Shown piece after piece: positions 28,572-38,708 of a stretch of 64,000 nucleotides of DNA; the stretch's first letter is position 1, and each line of letters begins with the position of its first letter. This DNA is from Maribacter sp. (GTDB lineage Bacteria; Bacteroidota; Bacteroidia; Flavobacteriales; Flavobacteriaceae), in assembly GCF_039968975.1 (NCBI RefSeq), contig NZ_JBDVOT010000185.1, positions 3,807-67,806 of the forward strand, given 5' to 3'. The notes below the pieces were generated by a model, which was given only the letters and a program-made list of their open reading frames with translations, had not been told where the DNA came from and searched no databases. Position numbers and translations under genes: made by a program.

Positions 28572-29441
28572 TTAATTGAAAAGTTCGTTAAAAGAATATA
28601 TCTGATCTAAACGAACACCTCTATCTGTGTGTTTTAAGGTACAAAGTTGGTTATGTGCATCATGTTCAAAAAAGAGATAGTAATTATTGTCTGCAGCTTC
28701 GTTCAGGAATACCTTTTTTTCTGCCATCGTCATTAACGGTCTTGTATCATACCCCATAACATAAGGTAATGATATATGACCAACGGTAGGTATCAAGTCT
28801 GCCATATAGGCTATTGTTTTACCTTGATATGAGAATTGGGGCAACATTTGTTTTTCTGTATGACCATCAACAAAGCGGATATCAAAACCTAGCGGACTAT
28901 TTTTAAGAAAATTTTCATCGGCATCATCAACAAAATACAAATGACCGCTCTCTTGCATTGGTATTAAATTCTCGGTCAGGAAAGATGCTTTTTCTCTTGG
29001 ATTAGGTTCCATTGCCCATTTCCAATGTTTTTCATTAGTCCAGAATTTAGCATTCTTGAAGGCAGGTTCATATCCGGTTTTATTTTTATTCCATTGAATG
29101 GCACCACCGACATGATCAAAATGAAGATGAGTTAAAAAGACATCGGTAATATCATCTCTATGAAACCCATATTTTTTTAAAGAAGAATCTATTGTAAAAT
29201 CTCCCCAGCGATAATAATAGCCAAAAAACTTGTCAGATTGTTTATTACCCATACCGGTATCTACCAATATTAACCTATCACCATCTTCAATTAATAGGCT
29301 TCTTGCAGCAATATCAATTAAATTATTACTGTCTGCTGGGTTTGTTCTTTGCCAGATTGTTTTGGGCACTACACCAAACATAGCACCGCCGTCCAATTTA
29401 AAATTACCAGTTTCAACAGGAAAAATTTTCATAATTAGCAA
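28572..29441 (-). CDS. MBL-fold metallo-hydrolase
   Basis: 289 aa with LILVDTG and an HLHFDHVGG metal-binding motif. Confidence 0.85.
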   Translation of the reverse strand: MLIMKIFPVETGNFKLDGGAMFGVVPKTIWQRTNPADSNNLIDIAARSLLIEDGDRLILVDTGMGNKQSDKFFGYYYRWGDFTIDSSLKKYGFHRDDITDVFLTHLHFDHVGGAIQWNKNKTGYEPAFKNAKFWTNEKHWKWAMEPNPREKASFLTENLIPMQESGHLYFVDDADENFLKNSPLGFDIRFVDGHTEKQMLPQFSYQGKTIAYMADLIPTVGHISLPYVMGYDTRPLMTMAEKKVFLNEAADNNYYLFFEHDAHNQLCTLKHTDRGVRLDQIYSFNELFN

Positions 29442-29568
29442 AATAATAAAAGTGTTGGTAATCTTAGGTTTATTAAGAAAGTATTATCATTTAGCCCGCA
29501 GATTATAAGACTTTATAAAGGCACAGTATTGTAAATATGAATTTTATTATGGATACTTTAATCGAGAA

Positions 29569-29967
29569 CTAGTCTTCATTTAACAAATCGCCTATAGCAT
29601 GATGCGCTAACGGTTTGGTCAAATGTTTTTTAATTACAGGATATTCTTTACTTTTTGTAGAATCTAAATTATCCAGGGAAGAACTTAGAATATAAATTTT
29701 ACAATGATTTGTAAGTGTATCTGGTAAATTGACATATTCATCTAAAAATTCAAATCCGTTCATTTCTGGCATTTTGATATCCAAGAAAATTACATCTGGA
29801 TAAGCTTCCGTATTGTCAATTATATTATTTAAATGAGTTAAAGCCTCAAGACCTGATGTCATGGTCGTAATTTGAGAAATATTTTCTTCTTTCGAAATGA
29901 TGGCTTTGTTTATGAAGTTGTCCACATCCGAGTCGTCAATTAATAAAATATTTATATTCTTAGCCAT
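29569..29967 (-). CDS. response regulator (stand-alone receiver domain)
   Basis: 132 aa. ILLIDDSDVD...VIFLDIKMPEMNGFEF...SSS...TKP. It starts 2 nt after the upstream kinase stop. Confidence 0.9.
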   Translation of the reverse strand: MAKNINILLIDDSDVDNFINKAIISKEENISQITTMTSGLEALTHLNNIIDNTEAYPDVIFLDIKMPEMNGFEFLDEYVNLPDTLTNHCKIYILSSSLDNLDSTKSKEYPVIKKHLTKPLAHHAIGDLLNED

Positions 29968-29968
29968 A

Positions 29969-32900
29969 TTATTTACCTGCTTGGTTTGGTATTTTTAAAG
30001 TAAACGTTGATCCGCTATTTATTTTTGATTGCACTTCTATTGTTCCTTTCAATTTTAATAATATTTCTTTTACTATAAAAAGCCCAATACCAGAACCCAT
30101 AACTTTAGAAGATACTCTATAGAACATGTGAAATATCTTTTCTAGTTGGTCTTCCGCTATTCCAACACCATTGTCTTTTATAATTAAAACCGCTTCTTTT
30201 TTGGTTGTTTTTACATCAATCCAAATAGTAGCTTTGTCATTGCTAAGATCATGATATTTAATGGCATTAGATATAAAATTATTTAATATAACTGAAATTC
30301 TCTTACTATCTGAAACAAAATTAACCTTATCTACAACATTTATTTTAATAATTATTTTATGAGTATTTTCTAAATACCATAAACTCTCAATAGAATGTTC
30401 TATTAATTTAGTAAAACTTATAGACTCTAAGTTAAGAGCTAGGTGTTTATTTCTAGAGTATTCTATTATGTCTTTGATAAAATCATCTAATCTTTGAATA
30501 GATTTTTCCATCATATCAAGATGCTGATATAATTTAGGGTCAACCTCTTCCAATTGAATTAACTGAATTAATCCTAATACTGAAGATAGTGGGGCTCGCA
30601 GTTCATGAGATGCGCTATAGACGAAACTATCTAATTCTGAGTTCGTTTTTTGTAATTCTAAATATTGATTTTCTAAATTACTTTCAGCTTCTTTTCTTTT
30701 AGAATCGTCAAAAATATTCACCAATACACTTTTGTTATTATTTAAATAAAGCGGCACCATGGAAATTAGAAGGGTTTTTTTAGTTCCGTTTTTGAGTTCT
30801 ATCCTATATTCTTGATTAACTATTTCTCCTGCTGTGTTAAATTTGTTCCAAAGTCGTTCCCTCTCATTTTTATCAATAATAATATCTCCAGATTCTACTA
30901 TGGTCTTTCCAATAATTTTTTTATTTGTTGTGTTGAGAATGGTATAAGCCATTTTATTGGCTTCAGTAACTCTTTTCTGTTCATCTAGTAAAATCATACC
31001 CATTAAATTGGTCTGAAATGCCTTTGAAAATTTTTCTTGACTTTCTTTTAAGGCCTTTTCTGCTAATACACTTTTTGTAATATCCATGGCAGTTCCATGA
31101 TAAATTAAAGGGTCTCCATCATCACTAAATATAATTTCTGCATAAGCTAAAAAGTATTTGAAAGTATTGTCATTTTTTTGAACCCTATAAATTACCGATT
31201 CTAAATTTTGAACTTCTTTGGTAGAAGCCATTCTTGATTCTATTAATGAAACATCTTCAGAATAAATAAGTTCTTTAATTTTTTTTGGCGTCATTATAGT
31301 ATTTGGCGCTATCTCATGTATTTCATACATTTCTTTAGACCATTCTACAACCTCTTCGCTCATATCCCAATACCAGTAACCAAACTTGCCAATTCTAATA
31401 GCCGAATTCATTTTAGATTGAAGTGATAGAATTTTTTCTTCTGCTTCTTTTTGTTTGGTAATGTCTATGATGGTTCCTCTGTATTTTATAGGGGATTTAT
31501 CCTCATTTCTTAAAACCTCCATTTCAGCTATAATATGCTTTATAGAACCATCTTTAAGAATTATTCTATAATTTAAAGAATAGGTATCAACATCTTCTGA
31601 AACCCTCCTTAAAAGTTCTCTATGACTTTCTAAATCATCTGGATGCATTAAACTTTCAACAAAGGGTAAAGTTAATTTGGTATTGGGGTCAACGTCATAA
31701 ATAGAATATAGTCTGGGCGACCAGTAGAAGATTTTAGTTTTAAAATCATAATCCCAATAACCAATTTTACCAATCCGCATGGCTATTTCCATTTTATTCT
31801 TTAGGTCTAAAATTTCAATATCAGCTTCTTTCTCTTTTGTTATATCTATTACAGTACCTCTATATGTGGTAGCTAAATTTTCAGGATCTCTAATCACTTC
31901 TACTTCTACCATTAAATATTTAATGTTTCCATTTACTATGATACGGTAAGTAAAAGCATGATTAATTTTTTCTGTAACTAGGTCATTTACATTCTTTCTA
32001 TGTAACTCTAAATCATCTGGGTGAATAATACTTTCTAAATAAGCTATGGTCAAAATTGTACTTTCATCCATTTCATAAATAGAGTACATGAGAGGAGAAC
32101 AATTAAACGTTGCAGATTCAATATCAAAATCCCAGTACCCAATTTTACCAATACGAATAGCAGAATTCATTTTGGCTTGAAGTTCCAAAATTTCTTTTTG
32201 AGATTTTTTTCGTTCGGTTAAATCAAAACCAATAGCACCAATGGCAATTGGCATATCGGTTACTTTATCTTTAATTAAAAAACCAGAAAATTCAAGTGGA
32301 GTACAAATATTTGTTTTGAAGTTTTTTAATGGAACTTCACCTGTCCATATACCTTTTTCCATTATAGTCGGTATGTGCTCATTTGCTATAACTTTTTTAT
32401 AATTATCTTCGAAAAAATCGAATATAGTTGCGTCGTTTATATTTGAGTCACTAGGTAAATTAACTAAATTTTTACCGGCATCATTCATGAAAAGGGCTTT
32501 ACCATCTATGGTTGCCAAACCTATAAATCCTGGACTATTTTCAATAATAGAAACAAGTTTCTGCTTTTCAATATCTGCTTTTTTCCTTTCTGTAATATCT
32601 CTTATGATACCTAAAACTGTGGTATTGCTTAATTTTTTGGCACTTACTTCGGCATAAAACAAAGAGCCATCTTTTTTAACTAAAGTTCTCTCTGAACGTA
32701 CTGTTTTTCCCTTCCTCATATCTTTATATCTAGAAGGTATTATATCAGCTTCTTCTGGAGAAACAAGTTCTTTCAGGTTTTTAGTTATCAACTCATCTTT
32801 AGAATAACCAAAAATATGTACACCGTAAGGGTTAATGTCTAAAATATTAGCATTGAAATCGCTTAATACAATAGCATCTGAAGCCTCTTCGATTAATAAA

Positions 32901-33802
32901 CGATATCTATCTTGACTTATCTTTAATAAAGCTGTTTTCTCTTCTACCAGTCTGTTTAACTTAGTTGGCTGCTTCATAAAAAACCATACGAAAATTCCAC
33001 ACATTGAAGATAATAAAAAACCTAAAATAGAAAACAATAGAGTTGTTGAACTAATATCGTATTTCTTTGAGAATACATACAGTTTCCACTCTCCTTGGCT
33101 TGCTGTTAATGGTAAACCAATGGCATTCTCATAATTTATTTTGTTAGAAGCAAAAAATGTTTCTTCTGTTTTGTCAGAGTTTACTTTTACTAACTTAAAG
33201 GAGAATTTTTTTTCTTGAGCAGTATCTAATTGTATTGTTTTTACAATTGTTGACAATCTTACAACAGCTGCTGTAAAACCTTTGAATTTACCATCTTTAT
33301 ATAATGGCTTTCGACCAATAATCCCTGAACCTCCTTGTCTTAAATATATGGGTCCGGCAGTATAGTAATCTTTTTTTTCTATAGTTTTTTTTGCTCCAAA
33401 TTTGTTATCTGGATCATTTAAAATATTTAGACCAATAACCTCGTTTCCTTTTAATGGATAAACATGGGTAACAACGCCTTCTTCGTTGACCAACTCTAGT
33501 GCATCTACACTGTTGTTACTATTTAAAAGTAACTGTGCTACACTATCAAAATTATTTGGAATACCAAAATTGTCGACTATAAAGGCTAAAGTTTGGGTGA
33601 CATTATAACTTTGTCCCAAAGCATTTTGTAAATCGACCTTTAATTTAGAAACTCTTTTTTCAATTTCTTGTTGCTCGGTTTTTTGATTTAGCTGATGTTT
33701 TTGAAAGGCCACAAACTGAGTTATAGTAAACACTAGCAGAAATGCCAAAAAACCATAAAATAGGGGACTTTTAAGGATAGACCGCTTATTCGATTTAGAC
33801 AT
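29969..33802 (-). CDS. multi-PAS sensor histidine kinase with periplasmic Cache-like domain
   Basis: 1277 aa. Two TM helices flank a sensor domain of about 220 aa. At least six PAS/PAC modules are present. The H-box is SASHELRAPLSSV, the HATPase N-box is NFISNAIKY and the G-box is GSGIGLFIVKE. Confidence 0.93.
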   Translation of the reverse strand: MSKSNKRSILKSPLFYGFLAFLLVFTITQFVAFQKHQLNQKTEQQEIEKRVSKLKVDLQNALGQSYNVTQTLAFIVDNFGIPNNFDSVAQLLLNSNNSVDALELVNEEGVVTHVYPLKGNEVIGLNILNDPDNKFGAKKTIEKKDYYTAGPIYLRQGGSGIIGRKPLYKDGKFKGFTAAVVRLSTIVKTIQLDTAQEKKFSFKLVKVNSDKTEETFFASNKINYENAIGLPLTASQGEWKLYVFSKKYDISSTTLLFSILGFLLSSMCGIFVWFFMKQPTKLNRLVEEKTALLKISQDRYRLLIEEASDAIVLSDFNANILDINPYGVHIFGYSKDELITKNLKELVSPEEADIIPSRYKDMRKGKTVRSERTLVKKDGSLFYAEVSAKKLSNTTVLGIIRDITERKKADIEKQKLVSIIENSPGFIGLATIDGKALFMNDAGKNLVNLPSDSNINDATIFDFFEDNYKKVIANEHIPTIMEKGIWTGEVPLKNFKTNICTPLEFSGFLIKDKVTDMPIAIGAIGFDLTERKKSQKEILELQAKMNSAIRIGKIGYWDFDIESATFNCSPLMYSIYEMDESTILTIAYLESIIHPDDLELHRKNVNDLVTEKINHAFTYRIIVNGNIKYLMVEVEVIRDPENLATTYRGTVIDITKEKEADIEILDLKNKMEIAMRIGKIGYWDYDFKTKIFYWSPRLYSIYDVDPNTKLTLPFVESLMHPDDLESHRELLRRVSEDVDTYSLNYRIILKDGSIKHIIAEMEVLRNEDKSPIKYRGTIIDITKQKEAEEKILSLQSKMNSAIRIGKFGYWYWDMSEEVVEWSKEMYEIHEIAPNTIMTPKKIKELIYSEDVSLIESRMASTKEVQNLESVIYRVQKNDNTFKYFLAYAEIIFSDDGDPLIYHGTAMDITKSVLAEKALKESQEKFSKAFQTNLMGMILLDEQKRVTEANKMAYTILNTTNKKIIGKTIVESGDIIIDKNERERLWNKFNTAGEIVNQEYRIELKNGTKKTLLISMVPLYLNNNKSVLVNIFDDSKRKEAESNLENQYLELQKTNSELDSFVYSASHELRAPLSSVLGLIQLIQLEEVDPKLYQHLDMMEKSIQRLDDFIKDIIEYSRNKHLALNLESISFTKLIEHSIESLWYLENTHKIIIKINVVDKVNFVSDSKRISVILNNFISNAIKYHDLSNDKATIWIDVKTTKKEAVLIIKDNGVGIAEDQLEKIFHMFYRVSSKVMGSGIGLFIVKEILLKLKGTIEVQSKINSGSTFTLKIPNQAGK
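31045..32191 (-). repeat. tandem triplication of a ~126-aa PAS module inside the kinase gene (period ~378-381 bp)
   Basis: The three units start at AIRIGKIGYWDFD, AMRIGKIGYWDYD and AIRIGKFGYWYWD. Nucleotide echoes CCAATTTTACCAAT(A/C)CG occur at about 32140 and 31761, with a diverged copy at about 31381. Confidence 0.8.
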
Positions 33803-34289
33803 TATTATAATTTCGGTTTTACTATAGCTAGTTTTATATTATTCTTATAACGTCAAATTCTAAATATTAAAATTGTTGAAACTATTAGAAATTAAACTTT
33901 TACATTTTTACGAAGTTAAAAAAGTATAACAAATAACAGGTGTTTTCTTTATATTTTGTAAGATTTAACTTAGTGTATACAATACACTTATTGACGATAC
34001 ATGAATTAATTAGATTTTTAAAATTTAACTTTTTAAAAGGTTTATGGCAAAACTGTTTAACAGTTAATCTAGATTTAAAGGGATTAACCTATCTTTTTGT
34101 AATATTTATGAAACAAAATACTTTAACATGAGATAATAATCAACGACATCTATCCCTTTCAATAATTAGATATAAATTCAATTCTTTTAAATTTAGTGTC
34201 CGAAATTAGCATGTAAAAAAGCGATGTTTACCTACGTATTAATGTTATATAGTGGGGTTAAATTGTTATTTTTATCCAAAATCGAATAA

Positions 34290-36149
34290 ATGCTAGAGCT
34301 TGCTGGAATCATCATTTTAGGAATACTTGCTCAATGGGTGGCTTGGCGCTTAAAACTACCTGCAATTTTACCTTTAATTCTTATAGGTTTAATCGTTGGA
34401 CCATTATCAACTTTGTATACTGAAGATGGTTCTAAGATTATTGAACCTATATGGAACGGAGACAAAGGTCTTTTTCCTGGTGAAGGTTTGTATTACTTTG
34501 TGTCATTAGCAATCAGTATTATACTTTTTGAGGGCGGACTTACGCTTAAGCGTTCAGAGATTAAGAATATTGGTCCGGTAATTACTAAACTGATTACCCT
34601 TGGTAGTTTAACAACCTTCTTTGGTGCGGCATTGGCAGCCTACTTTTTATTCGGACTATCATGGCAACTATGCTTCTTGTTTTCTGCCTTAATAATTGTA
34701 ACGGGGCCAACGGTAATTACTCCTATTTTAAGAAATATTCCACTTAAAAAAGATGTTTCTGCCATATTAAAATGGGAAGGTATTTTAATTGATCCCATTG
34801 GTGCGTTGGCCGCAGTTTTAGTGTATGAATTTATTAGTGTAGGCGAAGGTCAAGCATATACCATGACTGCCTTGATTGAATTTGCTAAAATCTTGTTATT
34901 CGGTTTTACTTTCGGTTTTACTTTTGCTCATGCGCTTACATTTTTAATAAAGAAGAACTTTATACCACACTATTTATTGAATGTAGTATCGTTATCTGTG
35001 GTTTTAGGGGTTTTTGTAATGTCAGATGTCTTTGCACATGAATCTGGTCTATTAGCGGTAGTTGTAATGGGTATGGTAATGGGTAATACCAATTTACCGA
35101 ATATTAAAGAGCTATTATATTTCAAAGAATCTTTAAGCATTCTTTTAATATCCATTCTGTTTATTTTACTAGCTGCCAATATTGATATTTCTGATCTAGA
35201 ATTAATTTTTACATGGAAAACGATAGCACTGTTCTTATCCATTGTATTGATTATTAGACCACTTGGAGTCTTTTTAAGTTCTATTGGTTCTAATTTAAAG
35301 TTCAATGAAAAACTATTTATCAGTTGGGTAGGTCCTAGAGGTATTGTAGCCGCGGGTATAGCATCTTTATTTGGATCAAAATTACTGGCTAGAGGAGAAG
35401 CTGGGGCAGAGTATATTACACCACTAGTGTTCATGATTGTGCTTGGTACCGTTTTGTTGAATGCTACAACGGCTAGAATTTTTGCTAAACTAATAGGTGT
35501 TTTTCTAAATAAGTCTGAAGGAATTTTAATTTTAGGAGCATCTAAAGTATCGCGTTTAATTGGTGAATATTTACATAAAAACGAAAGGCACGTAGTATTA
35601 ATAGACAATAACCAGTCTAATATTGATAAAGCTGAAAAATTAGGCTTAGAAGCTATTTCAGCGAATATATATTCAGACAATTTAACCGATAACATAGAAC
35701 TGAATGATATTGGATACTTGATGGCCTTAACTGCAAATTCTGATATAAATAAGTATGCCATAAATAAATTTCAAGATGCATTTGGTGAGAATGGGTCATT
35801 TAGATTGGTAGATACAGATGAAATGTCTGACCCTGAGAATAACCCAAAAGAAGGCTTGTTCTCTCATACAGATGATTTTATTAAATTGACAGAAGCTGCA
35901 AGAAAATTTCCTGCCATTCATGAAATTGAACTTCATGATACAGAACACTATGAAGGCTTGATAGAAATAACGAAGGCAGATGCCGATATAGTTCCTTTGT
36001 TCTTGTTAGACCCAGAAGGCGATATTCAAATTATTACCGCGTTCAGTAAAGAATTTACAGACATTCAAAAAGGGTATAAGTTGGCGTATTTGGGTAAAAT
36101 GTTTCCAAACGAAGACCCAGATAAAGAAGAAGCTAAAGAAAGTAAGTAA
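34290..36149 (+). CDS. cation:proton antiporter (CPA1/NhaP-like) with C-terminal RCK/TrkA-N-like domain
   Basis: 619 aa with about 12 TM helices (..FEGGLTLK.. motif). The cytoplasmic tail carries the Rossmann-like ILILGASKVSRLIGEYL...VVLID. Confidence 0.9.
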   Translation: MLELAGIIILGILAQWVAWRLKLPAILPLILIGLIVGPLSTLYTEDGSKIIEPIWNGDKGLFPGEGLYYFVSLAISIILFEGGLTLKRSEIKNIGPVITKLITLGSLTTFFGAALAAYFLFGLSWQLCFLFSALIIVTGPTVITPILRNIPLKKDVSAILKWEGILIDPIGALAAVLVYEFISVGEGQAYTMTALIEFAKILLFGFTFGFTFAHALTFLIKKNFIPHYLLNVVSLSVVLGVFVMSDVFAHESGLLAVVVMGMVMGNTNLPNIKELLYFKESLSILLISILFILLAANIDISDLELIFTWKTIALFLSIVLIIRPLGVFLSSIGSNLKFNEKLFISWVGPRGIVAAGIASLFGSKLLARGEAGAEYITPLVFMIVLGTVLLNATTARIFAKLIGVFLNKSEGILILGASKVSRLIGEYLHKNERHVVLIDNNQSNIDKAEKLGLEAISANIYSDNLTDNIELNDIGYLMALTANSDINKYAINKFQDAFGENGSFRLVDTDEMSDPENNPKEGLFSHTDDFIKLTEAARKFPAIHEIELHDTEHYEGLIEITKADADIVPLFLLDPEGDIQIITAFSKEFTDIQKGYKLAYLGKMFPNEDPDKEEAKESK

Positions 36150-36328
36150 GCACACTTTTACTTTACATCCATAAAGATTATTTCTACACTAAAAACATTT
36201 GGTGTTACAGAACTCTTTTCACCAGAGTTACTCCCTGTTTACCCCCTTTTTGTCCCAATTGGGCAGAATCTACTTTATTAAAGCACGTACTGACTATAGT
36301 TTTACGGTATCATTAAAAACGACCAGTC

Positions 36329-38695
36329 ATGAAATTTAAATTAACCTTTTTAACAGTAGCACTATTCATCACAGCTATTACTATTGCACAGAACACAATC
36401 AACGGTACTATCACGGACACATTAGAAACACCTCTTTCTTTTGCCAACATCATACTTTATGAGGTAGGAAAAGAAGAAGCGGTTACCGGTGTAATTAGTA
36501 ATGATAATGGAGCTTACATATTTGAAAACATTGCAAATAGTATTTATGTGATTGAAGTATCGGTATTAGGGTTCGAAACCAAAAAATCTGATGAACTTCA
36601 ATTATCAGAATCAAGTATAAAAGTTGATTTTACTTTACAAGAAGAAACTCAAACTTTAGATGAGGTTGTTGTAAAAAGTAAACGACCTCAAATTAAGCAG
36701 ACTGCAGAAAAACTTATAGTAAATCTTGAAAATTCAGATATGGTAAATACCAATCTTCAGGATGTTGTAAAAAAGGTTCCAGGAATCATATTAACCAATG
36801 GTAATGTAAGCTATGCAGGTCAGGGTAATATTAGAATACTAATCAACGGCAAAACTACAGATTATATGGATACCGCAAGTTTATTGAGAGACTTGCCTGC
36901 TGACAATATTTCTAAAGTAGAATTAATACAACAACCAGGTTCTGAATATGATGCCGAGGGAGCCGGACCAATTCTAAACATTATTTTAAAGAATAATGTA
37001 AAACTAGGCACGCATGGTAATGTTAAGCAAATGGTGGGTTATGAAAATAGGTTTGAATATGCCACAAGTGCTTCGGTGGCGAGCTATAAAAACAAACTTA
37101 ATTGGCAATTAAGTGCAGGGTATAGAAAATCTACTTCTAGAGATGATTTAACGCTGTCTAGAAAAGTATTGGATGACACCTATAAGCAAACCTCAAAGTC
37201 TGCTTTTGATCCTATAATTATTAATGTTGGTGCAGGTTTGGATTATTACTTAACAGAACAGCATTCTATAGGTGTGAGCGGTAGAATAGTCAATAGCGAT
37301 TCTGACAGAATATCTAATAACAATACAACGATATCAAACTCAACATCAGATATAACTTTGTTGACCGATAATAGTTTTGATAGAAATAGAAATATTAAAT
37401 CTTTAAACCCGTATTATGAGTTTAAAGATGACAAAAATAAATTAGTGTTAGATTATAATTTTGTGGACTATGGGTATGATAATGAAAACAATCTATTTCA
37501 GGTAGGAACATCGCAATTACCTTATGATAATAGACGCTATTTTCAAGATGCATCCTATAAGATTAACACCTATAAAACCGACTATAAACGTACGGTTAAT
37601 GAAAATTTATCTTGGAATGCCGGTGCAAAATTTTCAGATGTGGAATCTGACAGCGATTTACAATCTTTAACCGAAGATGATGAAGGTGTTTTTCAATTTC
37701 AACCAGCTGAGAGCAATAGGTTTTTAGTTGATGAAACAATAGTAGCCTTGTATTCAAAATTAACTATAAAGTTAGATAAATGGAGTTTTTCTGGCGGATT
37801 GCGTTGGGAAGAAAGCGATACAGAGGGTACCGCGACAACTACAGGCGAGACAAGAACCAGAAAAATCTCAAAGCTTTTTCCAAGTGCAAGTGTTAGTAGA
37901 GAGATTTCAGAAGAGATCAGCGCTAATCTTGCATACAGTTATCGTATTCGTAGACCATCTTACAGCTCTTTAAATTCATTTGTGTATTTCTACGACCCGT
38001 TTACTTTTGAAGAAGGTAACCCTAATTTAAAACCAGCTTTTACAAATAGCTATCAGTTTAATTTGACGTATGAAAACCAACCGTTCTTTAATATAAGCTA
38101 TAGAGAAACATCTGATCAATTGTTTGAAGTTATTACTCAGAACGATGCTTCGGCAGAAACTTCAAGAACCATGATTAATTTGGCAAAGAATGAAAATTGG
38201 AATTTTAGTCTTTTTGCCCCCTTAAGTTTTATTAACGGATTGGATGGTTATACGGGTGTGATTGCCAATCATAATCGTTATGCTTCAGAAAACCTAGACC
38301 CTGCATTAGATTTGTCTAAATGGAGTATTACCTGGTTTACAAGCGCCGAGTATGAATTGCCTTGGGAAATCAATTCAGAAATATCTGGATATTACACCTC
38401 TGGCGGATTAGAAGGCATTATTGAATATGAATGGTTAGCCGGTATCGATATCGCTATTAGCAAAAGTTTTCTCGATGATAAATTAAAGGTTAGTTTAGAG
38501 TATGAAGAGTTGATACAAAGACCTTTTACCGGTAGTGTAAGGTATGATAATGTAGATGCAACGGTGGTTTCTAATTGGGCAAGAAACAATGTATTTTTAC
38601 AATTGAACTATAGTTTTGGGTCAAAGTTCGGGAAAGATAAAAAACGAGGAAATGCTTCAAAAGAAGAACAAGACCGTATTAAGCAAGACAATTAA
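36329..38695 (+). CDS. outer membrane beta-barrel family protein (CarboxypepD_reg-like N-domain, TonB-dependent-receptor-like)
   Basis: 788 aa with a signal peptide and N-terminal G.I.D....PL.FANI. The plug-like region is VPGI....G.....G...I.INGK. The conserved RRPSYSSLNSF....F.FEEGNPNLKP motif is shared with ORFs 42469 and 45007. Confidence 0.85.
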   Translation: MKFKLTFLTVALFITAITIAQNTINGTITDTLETPLSFANIILYEVGKEEAVTGVISNDNGAYIFENIANSIYVIEVSVLGFETKKSDELQLSESSIKVDFTLQEETQTLDEVVVKSKRPQIKQTAEKLIVNLENSDMVNTNLQDVVKKVPGIILTNGNVSYAGQGNIRILINGKTTDYMDTASLLRDLPADNISKVELIQQPGSEYDAEGAGPILNIILKNNVKLGTHGNVKQMVGYENRFEYATSASVASYKNKLNWQLSAGYRKSTSRDDLTLSRKVLDDTYKQTSKSAFDPIIINVGAGLDYYLTEQHSIGVSGRIVNSDSDRISNNNTTISNSTSDITLLTDNSFDRNRNIKSLNPYYEFKDDKNKLVLDYNFVDYGYDNENNLFQVGTSQLPYDNRRYFQDASYKINTYKTDYKRTVNENLSWNAGAKFSDVESDSDLQSLTEDDEGVFQFQPAESNRFLVDETIVALYSKLTIKLDKWSFSGGLRWEESDTEGTATTTGETRTRKISKLFPSASVSREISEEISANLAYSYRIRRPSYSSLNSFVYFYDPFTFEEGNPNLKPAFTNSYQFNLTYENQPFFNISYRETSDQLFEVITQNDASAETSRTMINLAKNENWNFSLFAPLSFINGLDGYTGVIANHNRYASENLDPALDLSKWSITWFTSAEYELPWEINSEISGYYTSGGLEGIIEYEWLAGIDIAISKSFLDDKLKVSLEYEELIQRPFTGSVRYDNVDATVVSNWARNNVFLQLNYSFGSKFGKDKKRGNASKEEQDRIKQDN

Positions 38696-38708
38696 AGTAG
38701 CGCATTAG

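Noticed and set aside
33803-34289. A 487-bp AT-rich spacer between the sensor kinase and the antiporter contains ORF 33940..34131 (63 aa), a near-consensus DnaA box TTATCCAAA (34272..34280, 8/9) and the hairpin AGTGTAT-ACA-ATACACT.
   Set aside because: The ORF translation is F/L/I/N-rich with no start context, so I consider it spurious. A single 8/9 DnaA-box match 10 nt before a start codon in AT-rich DNA is expected by chance, and no box cluster is present. The region is most simply a pair of divergent promoters.
34970-35761. A 263-aa antisense ORF lies inside the cation:proton antiporter gene.
   Set aside because: The sense frame encodes a coherent 12-TM antiporter with family motifs. The antisense translation has no recognisable features and no independent start or terminator context. 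Long antisense ORFs in membrane-protein genes are a known compositional artefact.
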